Below, piece by piece: positions 29,834 through 39,205 of a stretch of DNA of 64,000 bases. The translations under genes and the position numbers were made by a program. Under the pieces are notes generated by a model that was not told the origin of the DNA, searched no databases, and saw nothing but the letters and a program-made list of their open reading frames with translations. Source of the stretch: a virus; IMG/VR virus record IMGVR_UViG_3300023202_000137, positions 26,758 through 90,757 of that record; one strand, given 5' to 3'. Position 1 is the first letter of the stretch. Each line of letters opens with the position of its first letter.

Positions 29834-30775
29834 CTACGCAACCAGTACGTTCTGAACCTTCACCGCAGCGGTTTCCTCTGCGAGCTTCGTATCGAAGCGT
29901 AGAGTTGCCACGATGATCACAACGCCAGCCGACACGTCCTTGTCGGTCTCCACGCGGATGTTCCGCCAGATACCAACGTTGACGTTCTTCGGATCTGTCA
30001 AGATCATCTCGGTGCTGTCGTTGCCGCCGCCCAAGTCTTCCGGTGCCACGGGCACTGGGACGATTGGAACACCGGAATACATCACCGGGGCATCTTGCTC
30101 CAGGAACCGATCGCCAACCACCGTCGCACGCTCAGCGAGCGCGTCACGGTAATCGATCTCGGAGTCGATGCTGGTCATGAACCGCATCTGACGCTTGTTG
30201 CGTAAGAACTCCGAGGGCATGGTCTTCAGCGAGTCACGGAACAACGTCTTGTTGGTCCGTGCGCCCGCTGCATCCACCAGGTTACTGGTGGTCAGCGCAC
30301 GCACGCCGTCGAACTTGGCAAAGAAGGGGTCGGCAGAGCCGGTGTCCCCGTTCCAGATCATATCGTCCATGTCGAGCGCGACGCGCTCGGCCATCAACTC
30401 CATGACCGTTTGGCGGAAGTTGCCCCGCTCGATGCTGTCTTCCAGCACCTCGTTGGACAACCGTACCTCTGCCTTGAAGAGTTGGGCATCCAACTCAACC
30501 AGAGAGAGGTCCGGCTTACTCCGCTCTGCCTGGGTCAGAGCTACGGCCTCGTTTCCAGCTCGGAGAATTCGTCCGGCGAACCGGATCTTCTCGATGAGCT
30601 GCTTGGGCGACCGCATCGGAACCACGGTGGCCATCTTCATGAGCACCGCTTCGTCGATGAGAATGCGCATGAAGCGCTGGGCTTGCGCTGGCTGCAGAAG
30701 CCCACCGTCGTTGGTGAGATCCGCCAAGGCCATATCGGCCTTTTCCAGCAGGGTTCGGTTTGCAGTAACAGTCAT
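29834..30775 (-). CDS. Major capsid protein (HK97 fold)
   Basis: [26 protein letters not shown]...DG, LTDPKN; 313 aa, follows the scaffold gene. Confidence 0.93.
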   Translation of the reverse strand: MTVTANRTLLEKADMALADLTNDGGLLQPAQAQRFMRILIDEAVLMKMATVVPMRSPKQLIEKIRFAGRILRAGNEAVALTQAERSKPDLSLVELDAQLFKAEVRLSNEVLEDSIERGNFRQTVMELMAERVALDMDDMIWNGDTGSADPFFAKFDGVRALTTSNLVDAAGARTNKTLFRDSLKTMPSEFLRNKRQMRFMTSIDSEIDYRDALAERATVVGDRFLEQDAPVMYSGVPIVPVPVAPEDLGGGNDSTEMILTDPKNVNVGIWRNIRVETDKDVSAGVVIIVATLRFDTKLAEETAAVKVQNVLVA

Positions 30776-30821
30776 TTCTCAAATACTCCTGCGCCTAGGT
30801 GACGCGATTTCGGGTTGAATC

Positions 30822-32021
30822 TCAGTAGTCCCGCTGCTTGGCGTTCATGTCGTGGGGCCAAACTACATCCCCAGTGTCTTTCTTCGTCACGCTCTCCCCG
30901 GTGGGGGTTTGCGACGATGGAAGACCAACGCCATTCTTCAAGGACTCGATCTCCTCGCGTTGCTTCTCAATGGTTTTGTTCTGCTTGGAGACCTTCTTCT
31001 TGAGGTCGCGCATCTCATCCAGACTTTCCTGGAGTTGGTCCGCAACCTTGGTGAGATCGGCCAACCCCGGAATGTCCCGCATGATACGAGCTGCATCCGA
31101 AACCGCGCTGTCATCAGGCTGCTCACCTGACCCAACGTTCGGGCCCTTGGTATTCGGAGCATCTTGGGGGGCTTTCTTTGCTTCGGATACGACTTCTTTC
31201 ATCGTACCGAAAAGCTCCTTTAGCTCCTGCATCCACTGACCTCTGGCCTTGCTTGTGCCTTCCCGATTGTCGCTGTTGCCGTCATCGCTTCGCCCTTCAA
31301 CGAGCGAAGGATCACCGCCACGACTTTCGAGTACGGCGTCGGCATGTCGCTCCAGGTGCCGACGCGCTGCAGCCAACTCATCCTCGGGCAAGTCGGATTT
31401 CTCCAACGCCTTGAGAGATCGCTTCAACGCCTCAACGTCCAGAGTTTCATGCTCGTTCGGGTCACCCACATCGGAACTGTGGTGACGGAAGAAACGCGTG
31501 GCTGCATCCTCACCCTTCGCAGTCTTCACAACTGCAAAGGCAGAGTCGGGAAACTTCTTCTGCGCCTTCGCCTTCTTCTTCTTCTTATTCTTCTTGCCTT
31601 TGTCTTTGCTGTAGGTGGTGTCATCGTCGTCGTCATCGTCGTCGTCCTGTTTGACGATGCCTGACTTGGACACCACACGGATGGCATCCCCTATATCCTT
31701 GGCTAGTTCCTCGGGAATTGAAGCACTCGTGTCGTCAATCTGTGCAGACTTCACAATTTCTTGGATGCCCTGCAGGCGACTCAGGGTTTTGCCGACGGCT
31801 TCGAGGATGGACTCGCGTGACTCAGTGCTGAGTGCGAGCGCGCTCTGGGCACTGAAGCTGCCGTCATCGTTCTCAACGATCTCGGGAGCAACGTTGCCGC
31901 GCTTTGTGAGAATGAACTTGCGCTTGTTTGCGGCGCGATCTACGAGGCTCACCTCTTCGGTTTCGATGTCTTCGAGTCGATGTAGCCCGTCGCCATCGGA
32001 CCGTGCTTTTCGAATTGTCAC
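30822..32021 (-). CDS. Capsid scaffolding protein
   Basis: N-terminal EVSLVDRAAN protease-like strand, D/K low-complexity tract, internal FPDSAFA...RHLERH domain, C-terminal coiled coil and WPHDMN. Confidence 0.75.
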   Translation of the reverse strand: MTIRKARSDGDGLHRLEDIETEEVSLVDRAANKRKFILTKRGNVAPEIVENDDGSFSAQSALALSTESRESILEAVGKTLSRLQGIQEIVKSAQIDDTSASIPEELAKDIGDAIRVVSKSGIVKQDDDDDDDDDTTYSKDKGKKNKKKKKAKAQKKFPDSAFAVVKTAKGEDAATRFFRHHSSDVGDPNEHETLDVEALKRSLKALEKSDLPEDELAAARRHLERHADAVLESRGGDPSLVEGRSDDGNSDNREGTSKARGQWMQELKELFGTMKEVVSEAKKAPQDAPNTKGPNVGSGEQPDDSAVSDAARIMRDIPGLADLTKVADQLQESLDEMRDLKKKVSKQNKTIEKQREEIESLKNGVGLPSSQTPTGESVTKKDTGDVVWPHDMNAKQRDY

Positions 32022-35000
32022 GCAGCCTCCTTAACAGGTTTTCGAAGTGCGGACCCTCCGATAGAAAACCCTGTGAGATCACCTCGTTTTATCGCTCGCC
32101 AGAGTGCGTCGTCAAGAACGCGAACAGCGAGCAGCCACGTGCCCTTGCGGACCTTCGTTCCGTTCACGTTCATCTCCACTGGGGCAACGTAGCTTTCCAA
32201 GATCTTGACCTTGCTGTTGATCACCCCCTTGTGCATCAGTCCGATATTACGGAACTTCTCCATGAATTTGTGGGCGCTCTCTCGAATATCCTCTGCGCTG
32301 TAGATGTCCTTCTGGGTGTCGGGATCGAGCGGCGCGCCTTCCGTACCATCGTTTGGCTCCAGCACCACGCCAAGCACGAAGCGTTCGTCGTCGGTAGACT
32401 TCTCGGTCTTCAGCAATGGCAGCTTTTTCTGCAGGACCTCGTCAAACGCCTTCTGATCCTCTGTCTGTGCATTACCCTTGAACACTGCGCAAAGCTCATT
32501 TCCACCGAACGTGTAGCTCGCATCGGCTGCTTTGATGATAGCACCGTTCGACTCGGGAGACTCATTTGCCCAGACCAGCGCCTCCTGCAGCTCGATATCC
32601 GTACGGACCAATTGCGAGGGGGTCAGGTACACCTGCTCTGACTTCTGCAACAAATGCTCGACCTTGCGGCGTCGCTCGATATATCGCTTCGCCGTCACAT
32701 TGCCTGCACTGGGGAGGAACAGTGCGTCATGAATACCTAGGTAAGTGGTCGCGCGATCACCAGAGGTAATAAATCCGTCGAGCACAAAGTCCCCGCCCAG
32801 CTTTCGTACCTCGTTCTCGATGTCGCATCGAAGCTCCTCGCGCTTCTCGGTCTGTCGCTTCAGGATTCCAATCACACCCTTAACCCCAGCGGTCAGGGTG
32901 ATGGTTCGGAACGATCCCTCTTTGAACTCTCCGGGCTCTCGCTGACGGAACCGATAGGAATCCTCGGTTTCATCAACCTTGCCCGAAGTGAACTCATGCT
33001 CTTTCAACCAGCGTCGAGCATCGGCTTCGCTCTTGAAACGCTTTTTGTCCAAGATCAGTGTTTGCAGCGTCGTGCTTTGCTTCATGAAGATGCGCACGCG
33101 CTCGGCTCGCTTTTGCACGGAGACTTCCAGCCCATCGAGGCGTGGTTCCACGAGCATCCCACCTTGCAACGTGGTCGATGTCGCAACCTTCTGCAGAAGC
33201 TCCTCGCCGCTTGCGTACTCTGAACCCATCATGGGTTCGTAGAGTGCGAACGGTCGTAGCTGACGACGGTCCAGAGAGGGATCTGTCGAATTCGCCCAGA
33301 CCTGGAGCCCCTGACGTACCGGGACTTGCTTGATCACGGAGTAAGATTCGACGGGCTCCAACTCGGCTTTCGCCAATTCGTACTCTGCGAAGCGTTTGGA
33401 CAACTCCCCTCTGTTCTGGACTTCGTTGATGTGGCCGGGGGCAAAGCTCGCAGCACAGTCGTTGCACTCGACAACAGACAAAGAGCGACCGCCGTCCATG
33501 TGGCTTTTGCCGGTCTTGCGAACATTGAGGCTACCGCAAGGCGGGCATTCTACATGGCTGAGGTCTTCCCCGCGACGCAAGAAAACCTGCGCCGACGCTC
33601 CGCGACTCGACTTGCTAATCTCCTGGGACTCCTCTGCGACGAGAACCCAATGCCTTGATCCCGGCTCCTCTGCCTTGAGCGTGTAGATGCCTCGCATCTT
33701 TCCACGGAACCGCAGTCGGATCTCATCCTCACTTTTGCTCAAGAACTCCACAAACCCAGAGTCCACGTTTCGTACCCAGCTCTCCATGCTCTTGGTAGCA
33801 TTGAGAATCTCGCCACCGATTTGCTCGGCAGGCTTTGCCTGACCCTCGAACTTCATGAGCTTTGTGCTCTTGAGCGTGCGGCAATCCCCTGCGATGCGCT
33901 CGTGCCCCTGCAAGGGGTCGCGGTCTAGCGCCCAGGCTTGCTTTCCAATCACAAGATGCCACCGCTCTCGCGTGGGGCTGTCACCCTCTGCCGATTTCCA
34001 TTGCTGCCAAGCAATTCCGTAGGGCTTCGATGTCTCTTTGTCCTTCTGTGTTCCTGTGTCGAGGTATATTTTATGTAGGACCCGCTGGAAGTCCCCGTTA
34101 ACGACTTTCACGTTCGAGTCAGTGAAATGTCCACGCTTCACCAACTCGTCGCGCATTGCGCGAGCTTCCTCCCCACGAGCCTCCCAGTATCGCAAGGAAC
34201 TTGGCACGAGTCGTTCGAGCGAAACAGGAATTCCAGAGTACCCGTCAGGCGGCATGACTCTGGCCTTTGCTGCACGCTCGGTGAGCACGAGTGGGCGAAG
34301 GTCCGTCTGCCATTGGGACCACCACCGGGGTTTCTCGGTTTTTTGCAGCGAGAACAGCAACCGCCCCTGGAACTCTGGGTCGCCCGTAAAAAAATACTCG
34401 TGAGCCGATGGTGTCTGCAGGCCGTACTCGACCTTTAGGTCTGGATCGGTCACCCGAGATAGTACTGCGGGCTCCTCTGCAGTTGCCCCAACCTCACCTG
34501 GCTGGACCTTCTCGTGATCGAGATTTAGCCAGGCCATGGGGCTCTGCCCCTTCGGGGTAGCAGCAACCCCCTCATTCCAATCACGCTCAAAGTAAGAGCC
34601 GCTCTTTTGAAATCGTCGAGCAAATCGCCTGGCCTCCCTTACGTCTTTGACTGTCGGAACCCGACCGGGCTGGTGGTTGTCAATGGTCCACCCCACCGTC
34701 ACGTCGTCGAGCTGCAACCGGAGGTCGCCGTGCATCCCCTTGCCTATAAAATGGTACTGATAGACGGCCTGGCGCTTCCCCCTAGACTTCGGAACCAAGC
34801 ACAGCGCCTCGGCCTTAGTCACAGTGTCGATGCACTGCTGACCGTGAACCTCAGCGTCACTGGCCTGGAGGATTCGAAACTCTCCATCCCCGGGCCGTAC
34901 CTCGTGAGACTTGGGCACCAGCCATAGGTCGTACAGGCCCACCCTATTTTCAGGACCCCCGATGTCTCCACCCTCCGCTGCGGCGGTTCGACCAAACATT

Positions 35001-37294
35001 CCCTCGGGAACAAGGGATTCTATGTGAGGGGAAAGACTGGGCCCGCTCAATAGAAGGTCGATGTCACCTTTGGTGACTCCCCAGTTCGCGAGACCGCCGA
35101 CAACTGACACCGCATCACGCTCCAGAAGCACGGGTCGTAGCTGGGTCGTCACTTGATCTAGCTGAATTTCTCCGCTGTGCTCTCGGGAATTCTTTGAGTG
35201 ATGCGAGCGGCCAAACTCATCCGACGCCAGTCGCATCACTTCAGACAATGCACCCAGACCGTTGGTAACTCCCTTGCCAAGCGACTTGATAGCGTCCTGT
35301 GGAAGTTTCGACAGATGTCCGTGGAGATCTTTGACCACCTGCAGAAGATTGTGTTCCCCACACTTCGTCAGCTTTCCGGTGTTAACCGCCGAGAGATCTT
35401 TCTTCAAAGCCTCCGCGCGTCTGGGGAACGAATCAAGAAACGACACGATTGGTTGCTTGCCCTGCATGCCCGACAGCAAAGAGACGCTGCGCTTGCAGAA
35501 GCTCGGCGCGAGTACAGCGAGCTGATGTGCTAGCGACTGTGCAGACTTCAGCGATTCAACTTCATCGTCGTTCAGCTCTATGGCTTCGGGCTCTGGGTCT
35601 TTGAACTTCTCTACTTTTGAAACGCGGTACCCCCAAAGAACTTTGGATTTCGGCCACCGCTTCTCGCGCTCCTCATCAGTCAACCCATGCTCGGTCACCG
35701 TCTCGGCAAACTTCCATGTCGAGATCTTCTCTGCGGCCTCAACTTCGATGATTCCGTAGTCGGTGCTTCCGTCGGTAACCAGCACCGGGCCTTCGATGCT
35801 GTGCTTCTTTGCTTCGAGAAACATCGACACATCACCGTCGATGATCTTACGAGCGTGGTCCGGTGTCGTCTCGAATTCCAGAGCTGCTCGTCGTCGCCTT
35901 TCATCGCTTTCACGCAACGAGTGTCTTGCCTCTGCACCAGCGTCGATGAACAAATCGCTGGTGCCGAACCAATTGATCGGACCGTCCACCACCTGGCACT
36001 CGCCAACCGACCCGGTCTCCGCTCGAAGATAGAACCGGCAATTGCCGCACACCCGCTCCCGGTCGGCAGACTGCCCTAGCTCTGGGACATAATCGGCCTC
36101 GTCTTGATTGAATTTCCTACCGTTTTCCTCCACCCGCCTGATCGTCTCGTCGGCCTCCCAGCCACGGCTATTTTGGGGGGCTTGCTTGGTCGCGCGATCT
36201 CGATCTTCCTCGATGGCCTTTCGGATGTGCTCGGTTTCGGGCCCGACGTACACAAGCAACGGACTCGTGTAGCTCTTGGCTAGCTCAACGACCTCGCGAT
36301 CCATGGTATCGAACATCTCGTCGTAGCCAAGCATCGCCTTTTGCATGGGGAGTATCTCCCCCTTCTCTAGCGACTTATTTATATGGCTGTTGAGTTTCTG
36401 GAAAAACCGTTTGTAGGTTCGGATCGAAAAACGCAGTCGGTCTTCCCGCTTCAGGAAGTCAAATCCCTTGGCTTGCGCAGAGTCTCGAATTTCCTTTGGA
36501 ACTTTGTCTTTCGCGAAACCTGATACACCTGGCCAACCGTTCTTTCGAGTCGTGAGCACTTCGACGCGACCGTAGGCAGGGCCAAAGGCCCACGAGGTAA
36601 AATCAAACGAGTCAACGTGCTTCCAGAACTCTGCGTACCGCCAACTTCGGCGACCAACACCCAATAGATGCAAGTAGGTGTGGTTGTGTGTCTTGCAGAG
36701 ATCTGTACGCTTTCGACATACCTCGATAAGCTGGGTGTTCGTTGCGCTCCGATAGCTTCCCTTGCCTTTTCCCCCTTCAGAGCTTCCCCCTTTGCCGTCC
36801 TTCTTTTCTTCTTTGTCTTTGCGCGACAGCCAAAACGAATTGACCATGCCACCCCAGGCAACTTTCTTCCCGGTGCGGTAGTATTGCTTCGCGCGGTCCG
36901 TGATCTTTGTTGGGATGTGGTCAACATATATGGGGGCAACACCCAACTTCACTAGGGCTTCAAAGTTTTCGTCGGTCTTCTTTGGGCTCGACGGAACGTC
37001 GATGGGCATGAACTCTTCAACAAGTGACTTGTGAGACTTCACAAAGTCGGCGTACTCTTCGATTGATACCTTTCCCCCATGCACTGCTGCAGAAAACGCA
37101 CCCGAGTCCAGCAACACACGCACGCCGTTTAGCTCCTTGGGTAACCCTTTCTTGAAGTAGTGGTAGGAAACGAGCATCTCTCGGATGCCCTCTTCCTTGA
37201 GTATCTGGATCTGATCTTTGGCTACGGCGACGAAATACGAGTGCGGTCGCGTGCTAGGGCTTCCCGGAAGTTTGCTTACTCGTTGTCGTGGCAT
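32018..37294 (-). CDS. Multidomain (polyvalent) head protein: TGT/DpdA-like, HiPIP-like, ASCH-like, nucleotidyltransferase, LigD phosphoesterase-like x2, Zn ribbon, degenerate ATP-dependent ligase, XkdF-type prohead protease
   Basis: LLDSGAFSA/HLLG/DSFDFTSW; CGNCRFY..C.VV.G.I...G; VGGL.....GDIDLL; QYH....HGDLRL; CPPC..CNDC; EPRLDG/FVLDG/NGAIIK; VLGVVLEP...D.Q.D...AH.FM...H...GTW...TGFSIGG. Confidence 0.85.
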   Translation of the reverse strand: MPRQRVSKLPGSPSTRPHSYFVAVAKDQIQILKEEGIREMLVSYHYFKKGLPKELNGVRVLLDSGAFSAAVHGGKVSIEEYADFVKSHKSLVEEFMPIDVPSSPKKTDENFEALVKLGVAPIYVDHIPTKITDRAKQYYRTGKKVAWGGMVNSFWLSRKDKEEKKDGKGGSSEGGKGKGSYRSATNTQLIEVCRKRTDLCKTHNHTYLHLLGVGRRSWRYAEFWKHVDSFDFTSWAFGPAYGRVEVLTTRKNGWPGVSGFAKDKVPKEIRDSAQAKGFDFLKREDRLRFSIRTYKRFFQKLNSHINKSLEKGEILPMQKAMLGYDEMFDTMDREVVELAKSYTSPLLVYVGPETEHIRKAIEEDRDRATKQAPQNSRGWEADETIRRVEENGRKFNQDEADYVPELGQSADRERVCGNCRFYLRAETGSVGECQVVDGPINWFGTSDLFIDAGAEARHSLRESDERRRRAALEFETTPDHARKIIDGDVSMFLEAKKHSIEGPVLVTDGSTDYGIIEVEAAEKISTWKFAETVTEHGLTDEEREKRWPKSKVLWGYRVSKVEKFKDPEPEAIELNDDEVESLKSAQSLAHQLAVLAPSFCKRSVSLLSGMQGKQPIVSFLDSFPRRAEALKKDLSAVNTGKLTKCGEHNLLQVVKDLHGHLSKLPQDAIKSLGKGVTNGLGALSEVMRLASDEFGRSHHSKNSREHSGEIQLDQVTTQLRPVLLERDAVSVVGGLANWGVTKGDIDLLLSGPSLSPHIESLVPEGMFGRTAAAEGGDIGGPENRVGLYDLWLVPKSHEVRPGDGEFRILQASDAEVHGQQCIDTVTKAEALCLVPKSRGKRQAVYQYHFIGKGMHGDLRLQLDDVTVGWTIDNHQPGRVPTVKDVREARRFARRFQKSGSYFERDWNEGVAATPKGQSPMAWLNLDHEKVQPGEVGATAEEPAVLSRVTDPDLKVEYGLQTPSAHEYFFTGDPEFQGRLLFSLQKTEKPRWWSQWQTDLRPLVLTERAAKARVMPPDGYSGIPVSLERLVPSSLRYWEARGEEARAMRDELVKRGHFTDSNVKVVNGDFQRVLHKIYLDTGTQKDKETSKPYGIAWQQWKSAEGDSPTRERWHLVIGKQAWALDRDPLQGHERIAGDCRTLKSTKLMKFEGQAKPAEQIGGEILNATKSMESWVRNVDSGFVEFLSKSEDEIRLRFRGKMRGIYTLKAEEPGSRHWVLVAEESQEISKSSRGASAQVFLRRGEDLSHVECPPCGSLNVRKTGKSHMDGGRSLSVVECNDCAASFAPGHINEVQNRGELSKRFAEYELAKAELEPVESYSVIKQVPVRQGLQVWANSTDPSLDRRQLRPFALYEPMMGSEYASGEELLQKVATSTTLQGGMLVEPRLDGLEVSVQKRAERVRIFMKQSTTLQTLILDKKRFKSEADARRWLKEHEFTSGKVDETEDSYRFRQREPGEFKEGSFRTITLTAGVKGVIGILKRQTEKREELRCDIENEVRKLGGDFVLDGFITSGDRATTYLGIHDALFLPSAGNVTAKRYIERRRKVEHLLQKSEQVYLTPSQLVRTDIELQEALVWANESPESNGAIIKAADASYTFGGNELCAVFKGNAQTEDQKAFDEVLQKKLPLLKTEKSTDDERFVLGVVLEPNDGTEGAPLDPDTQKDIYSAEDIRESAHKFMEKFRNIGLMHKGVINSKVKILESYVAPVEMNVNGTKVRKGTWLLAVRVLDDALWRAIKRGDLTGFSIGGSALRKPVKEAA

Positions 37295-38006
37295 CGTCTA
37301 CACCATACTCCATGGAGCCCTGTTTCAGAACCGCCTTTCGGATGGCTCCAATAGACTTCCCTTTGGCGGCGGTGGGGTTGGCGTACCTATCATTCTCCCA
37401 GACCTGTGCCGAGTCAGAGTACGCTCGTATCTCCCAAAAACCCAGCTTGTGTTTGGTCAGAAACTCTAGGCCGGTGACCCACTTGCAGCTCTTATACTGC
37501 CACAAATGGGGCGGTGCGATGTAGCGCAGAGGAAACCCGTGGGCCGGGGATAGCGGCTTGCCCTTGTACCCATAGGCCAGGATTCCCTGCAGGAAATCCT
37601 CGACCCATAGGCAGGTGCTGAACTCGTCGAGACCGTGGACAAGAACCGTCGTCACGCTGTCATGAGGATTCACCAGGTCAACAATGTGGGCTGCTGGAAC
37701 CCCCTGCCATTCTGTGTCGAACAGGGACCACCCAGTGATGCAATGGAAGTCCTGCTGAATCTTTGTTTCGGGCCATAGATCCATCATCTCCCGGAGTGAC
37801 ACTTCGAACGGGTTTTCGATCTCTCCCCACCCCTGGAGCTTCCATTTCTCGGGCTCGTTTATCTTTGGGATCGAAGCGTACTCAAGATGCGGGAACTTTT
37901 TTGCGAGCGTCTGCCCTGACGGGGTTCGCTTTCGCCGCGTATCTAGGTCGTAATCCTTCGGATCAAACTCATCCCCCGCAGGGTCAGCGCCTAAGTCGAT
38001 CTTCAT
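37254..38006 (-). CDS. Molybdopterin-dependent oxidoreductase, sulfite oxidase family (cytoplasmic YuiH-like)
   Basis: DFHCITGWS with the Mo-ligating Cys, W.GV, HGFPLR...P.L..YKS.KWV..LEF, GFWE..AY; no Tat signal. Confidence 0.92.
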   Translation of the reverse strand: MKIDLGADPAGDEFDPKDYDLDTRRKRTPSGQTLAKKFPHLEYASIPKINEPEKWKLQGWGEIENPFEVSLREMMDLWPETKIQQDFHCITGWSLFDTEWQGVPAAHIVDLVNPHDSVTTVLVHGLDEFSTCLWVEDFLQGILAYGYKGKPLSPAHGFPLRYIAPPHLWQYKSCKWVTGLEFLTKHKLGFWEIRAYSDSAQVWENDRYANPTAAKGKSIGAIRKAVLKQGSMEYGVDDATTTSKQTSGKP

Positions 38007-38294
38007 TTACTTCACTCGGTGGGCTATTTCGCGAGCTGTCAGAAAAAACAAAGGCCGCTCAACGATGAATTCCAAAACAATTGCCACCCACAAGTCCACC
38101 CCTAGGTACTCAACGAGCAGGTAAAGAATAGGCGCACGCACCAGCAGCCACGGGGATGAGAGTGGATACCACACCAAAAGCTGCTTCATGGTCGAGCTTC
38201 CACTCCAGGTTCCGCCACGAACAAATAGATAGGCAACCAGCATTGCAACAAACAAGGCAGCAGTAATGCCCTGGATAATCACTGCGGCGCTCAT
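38007..38294 (-). CDS. Small membrane protein, GtrA-like
   Basis: 95 aa with about three hydrophobic helices; ILYLLVEYLGVDLWVA resembles GtrA C-terminal helices. Confidence 0.5.
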   Translation of the reverse strand: MSAAVIIQGITAALFVAMLVAYLFVRGGTWSGSSTMKQLLVWYPLSSPWLLVRAPILYLLVEYLGVDLWVAIVLEFIVERPLFFLTAREIAHRVK

Positions 38295-39205
38295 GCCAAA
38301 TCGTTTTCTAGCGTAGTCACGATGTCGTGTGCCAGGTGGCTGTCTTCCGATACCGCCTTGACCTTGCAGTTGATGACTTTGCCGTCGGGGACAAACTCTG
38401 CAGTGATGCCTCGCAGAATCTTCTGTACCCGGACAGCACCGTCCTCGGTAAAGGTAGGGCCAGCGTAGGACTTCAGCACCTGCACGACTTCATCTGGGAT
38501 CTTCATGTTCGACATAACCGGCACGAGTCGGCCAGTCACCTCACGCATGATGGGGGCGAACACCACGGGTGCGTCAGTGATCAACTCAATGTCGATGTGC
38601 GTACGCTGCGTGTGGGACTGCTTGCCGTCTGTTTCAAAAAGAACGAATGGGCAAACCGTGAACACTGTCGTTCGAAGGTGGAAAAGGTAGTGGCCCTGTT
38701 TTAGATCTGGATCAATCCTGTCGCTCAGCTCGTAACCAATGCCGATGCTCCAAGGCAGTGTTGAGGGGATGCCAGTGCAATGGGCTTTGAGCTTCGAAGA
38801 AATCTTTGAGCGCGCCATGACACGGAACTTGGAGCCATGGTGCGCGTCACGCAGATTCTCTGCGGCGAGCTTTGCCCACTCCCATGCCGGTACCGCTTCG
38901 TCGGCTTTCTCTGTCTTGAGAGTATCCCGTGCAAACTCCATCGAGGATATCATTCGATTCATGTGCGCTTTGACTCTGGTTACCCGCGCCAGGATATCGC
39001 ACTTTGGCATAGTGAACAGGTGGGCCTCTTTGCCGTCGTACACCTTGAACAGACCTGACAGGTAGTAGTTCACCATGTCTACGTCGAGCGGGTAATCGAC
39101 TGGGATCTCCGGTCCGTCCTCATCCCAACCCGTGCCGTATGACTCTACGGCTTCTTTCCATTGGGCAACGAGCTTGCCGTACTTCTCTTCCTGCTCCTTA
39201 TCCAT
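38291..39205 (-). CDS. folE2: Divergent GTP cyclohydrolase, FolE2/MptA family
   Basis: HMNR (HMSR), TVCP (TxCP), SHTQR (AHxQR), KIPDE (KRxDE), PTFTED (PxFVED), EDSHLAHD (ESIHxH), in the canonical order. Confidence 0.8.
   Translation of the reverse strand: MDKEQEEKYGKLVAQWKEAVESYGTGWDEDGPEIPVDYPLDVDMVNYYLSGLFKVYDGKEAHLFTMPKCDILARVTRVKAHMNRMISSMEFARDTLKTEKADEAVPAWEWAKLAAENLRDAHHGSKFRVMARSKISSKLKAHCTGIPSTLPWSIGIGYELSDRIDPDLKQGHYLFHLRTTVFTVCPFVLFETDGKQSHTQRTHIDIELITDAPVVFAPIMREVTGRLVPVMSNMKIPDEVVQVLKSYAGPTFTEDGAVRVQKILRGITAEFVPDGKVINCKVKAVSEDSHLAHDIVTTLENDLA

Noticed and set aside
35950-36130. Functional 4Fe-4S HiPIP
   Set aside because: Only three of the four Cys are present (the last position reads GTSDLF), so cluster binding is doubtful; kept only as HiPIP-like.
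36370-39205. Standard 7-deazaguanine (dpdA-folE-queDEC) cluster
   Set aside because: QueC, QueD and QueE motifs are not present in the window and the cyclohydrolase is FolE2-type; they could still lie outside the window or be supplied by the host.
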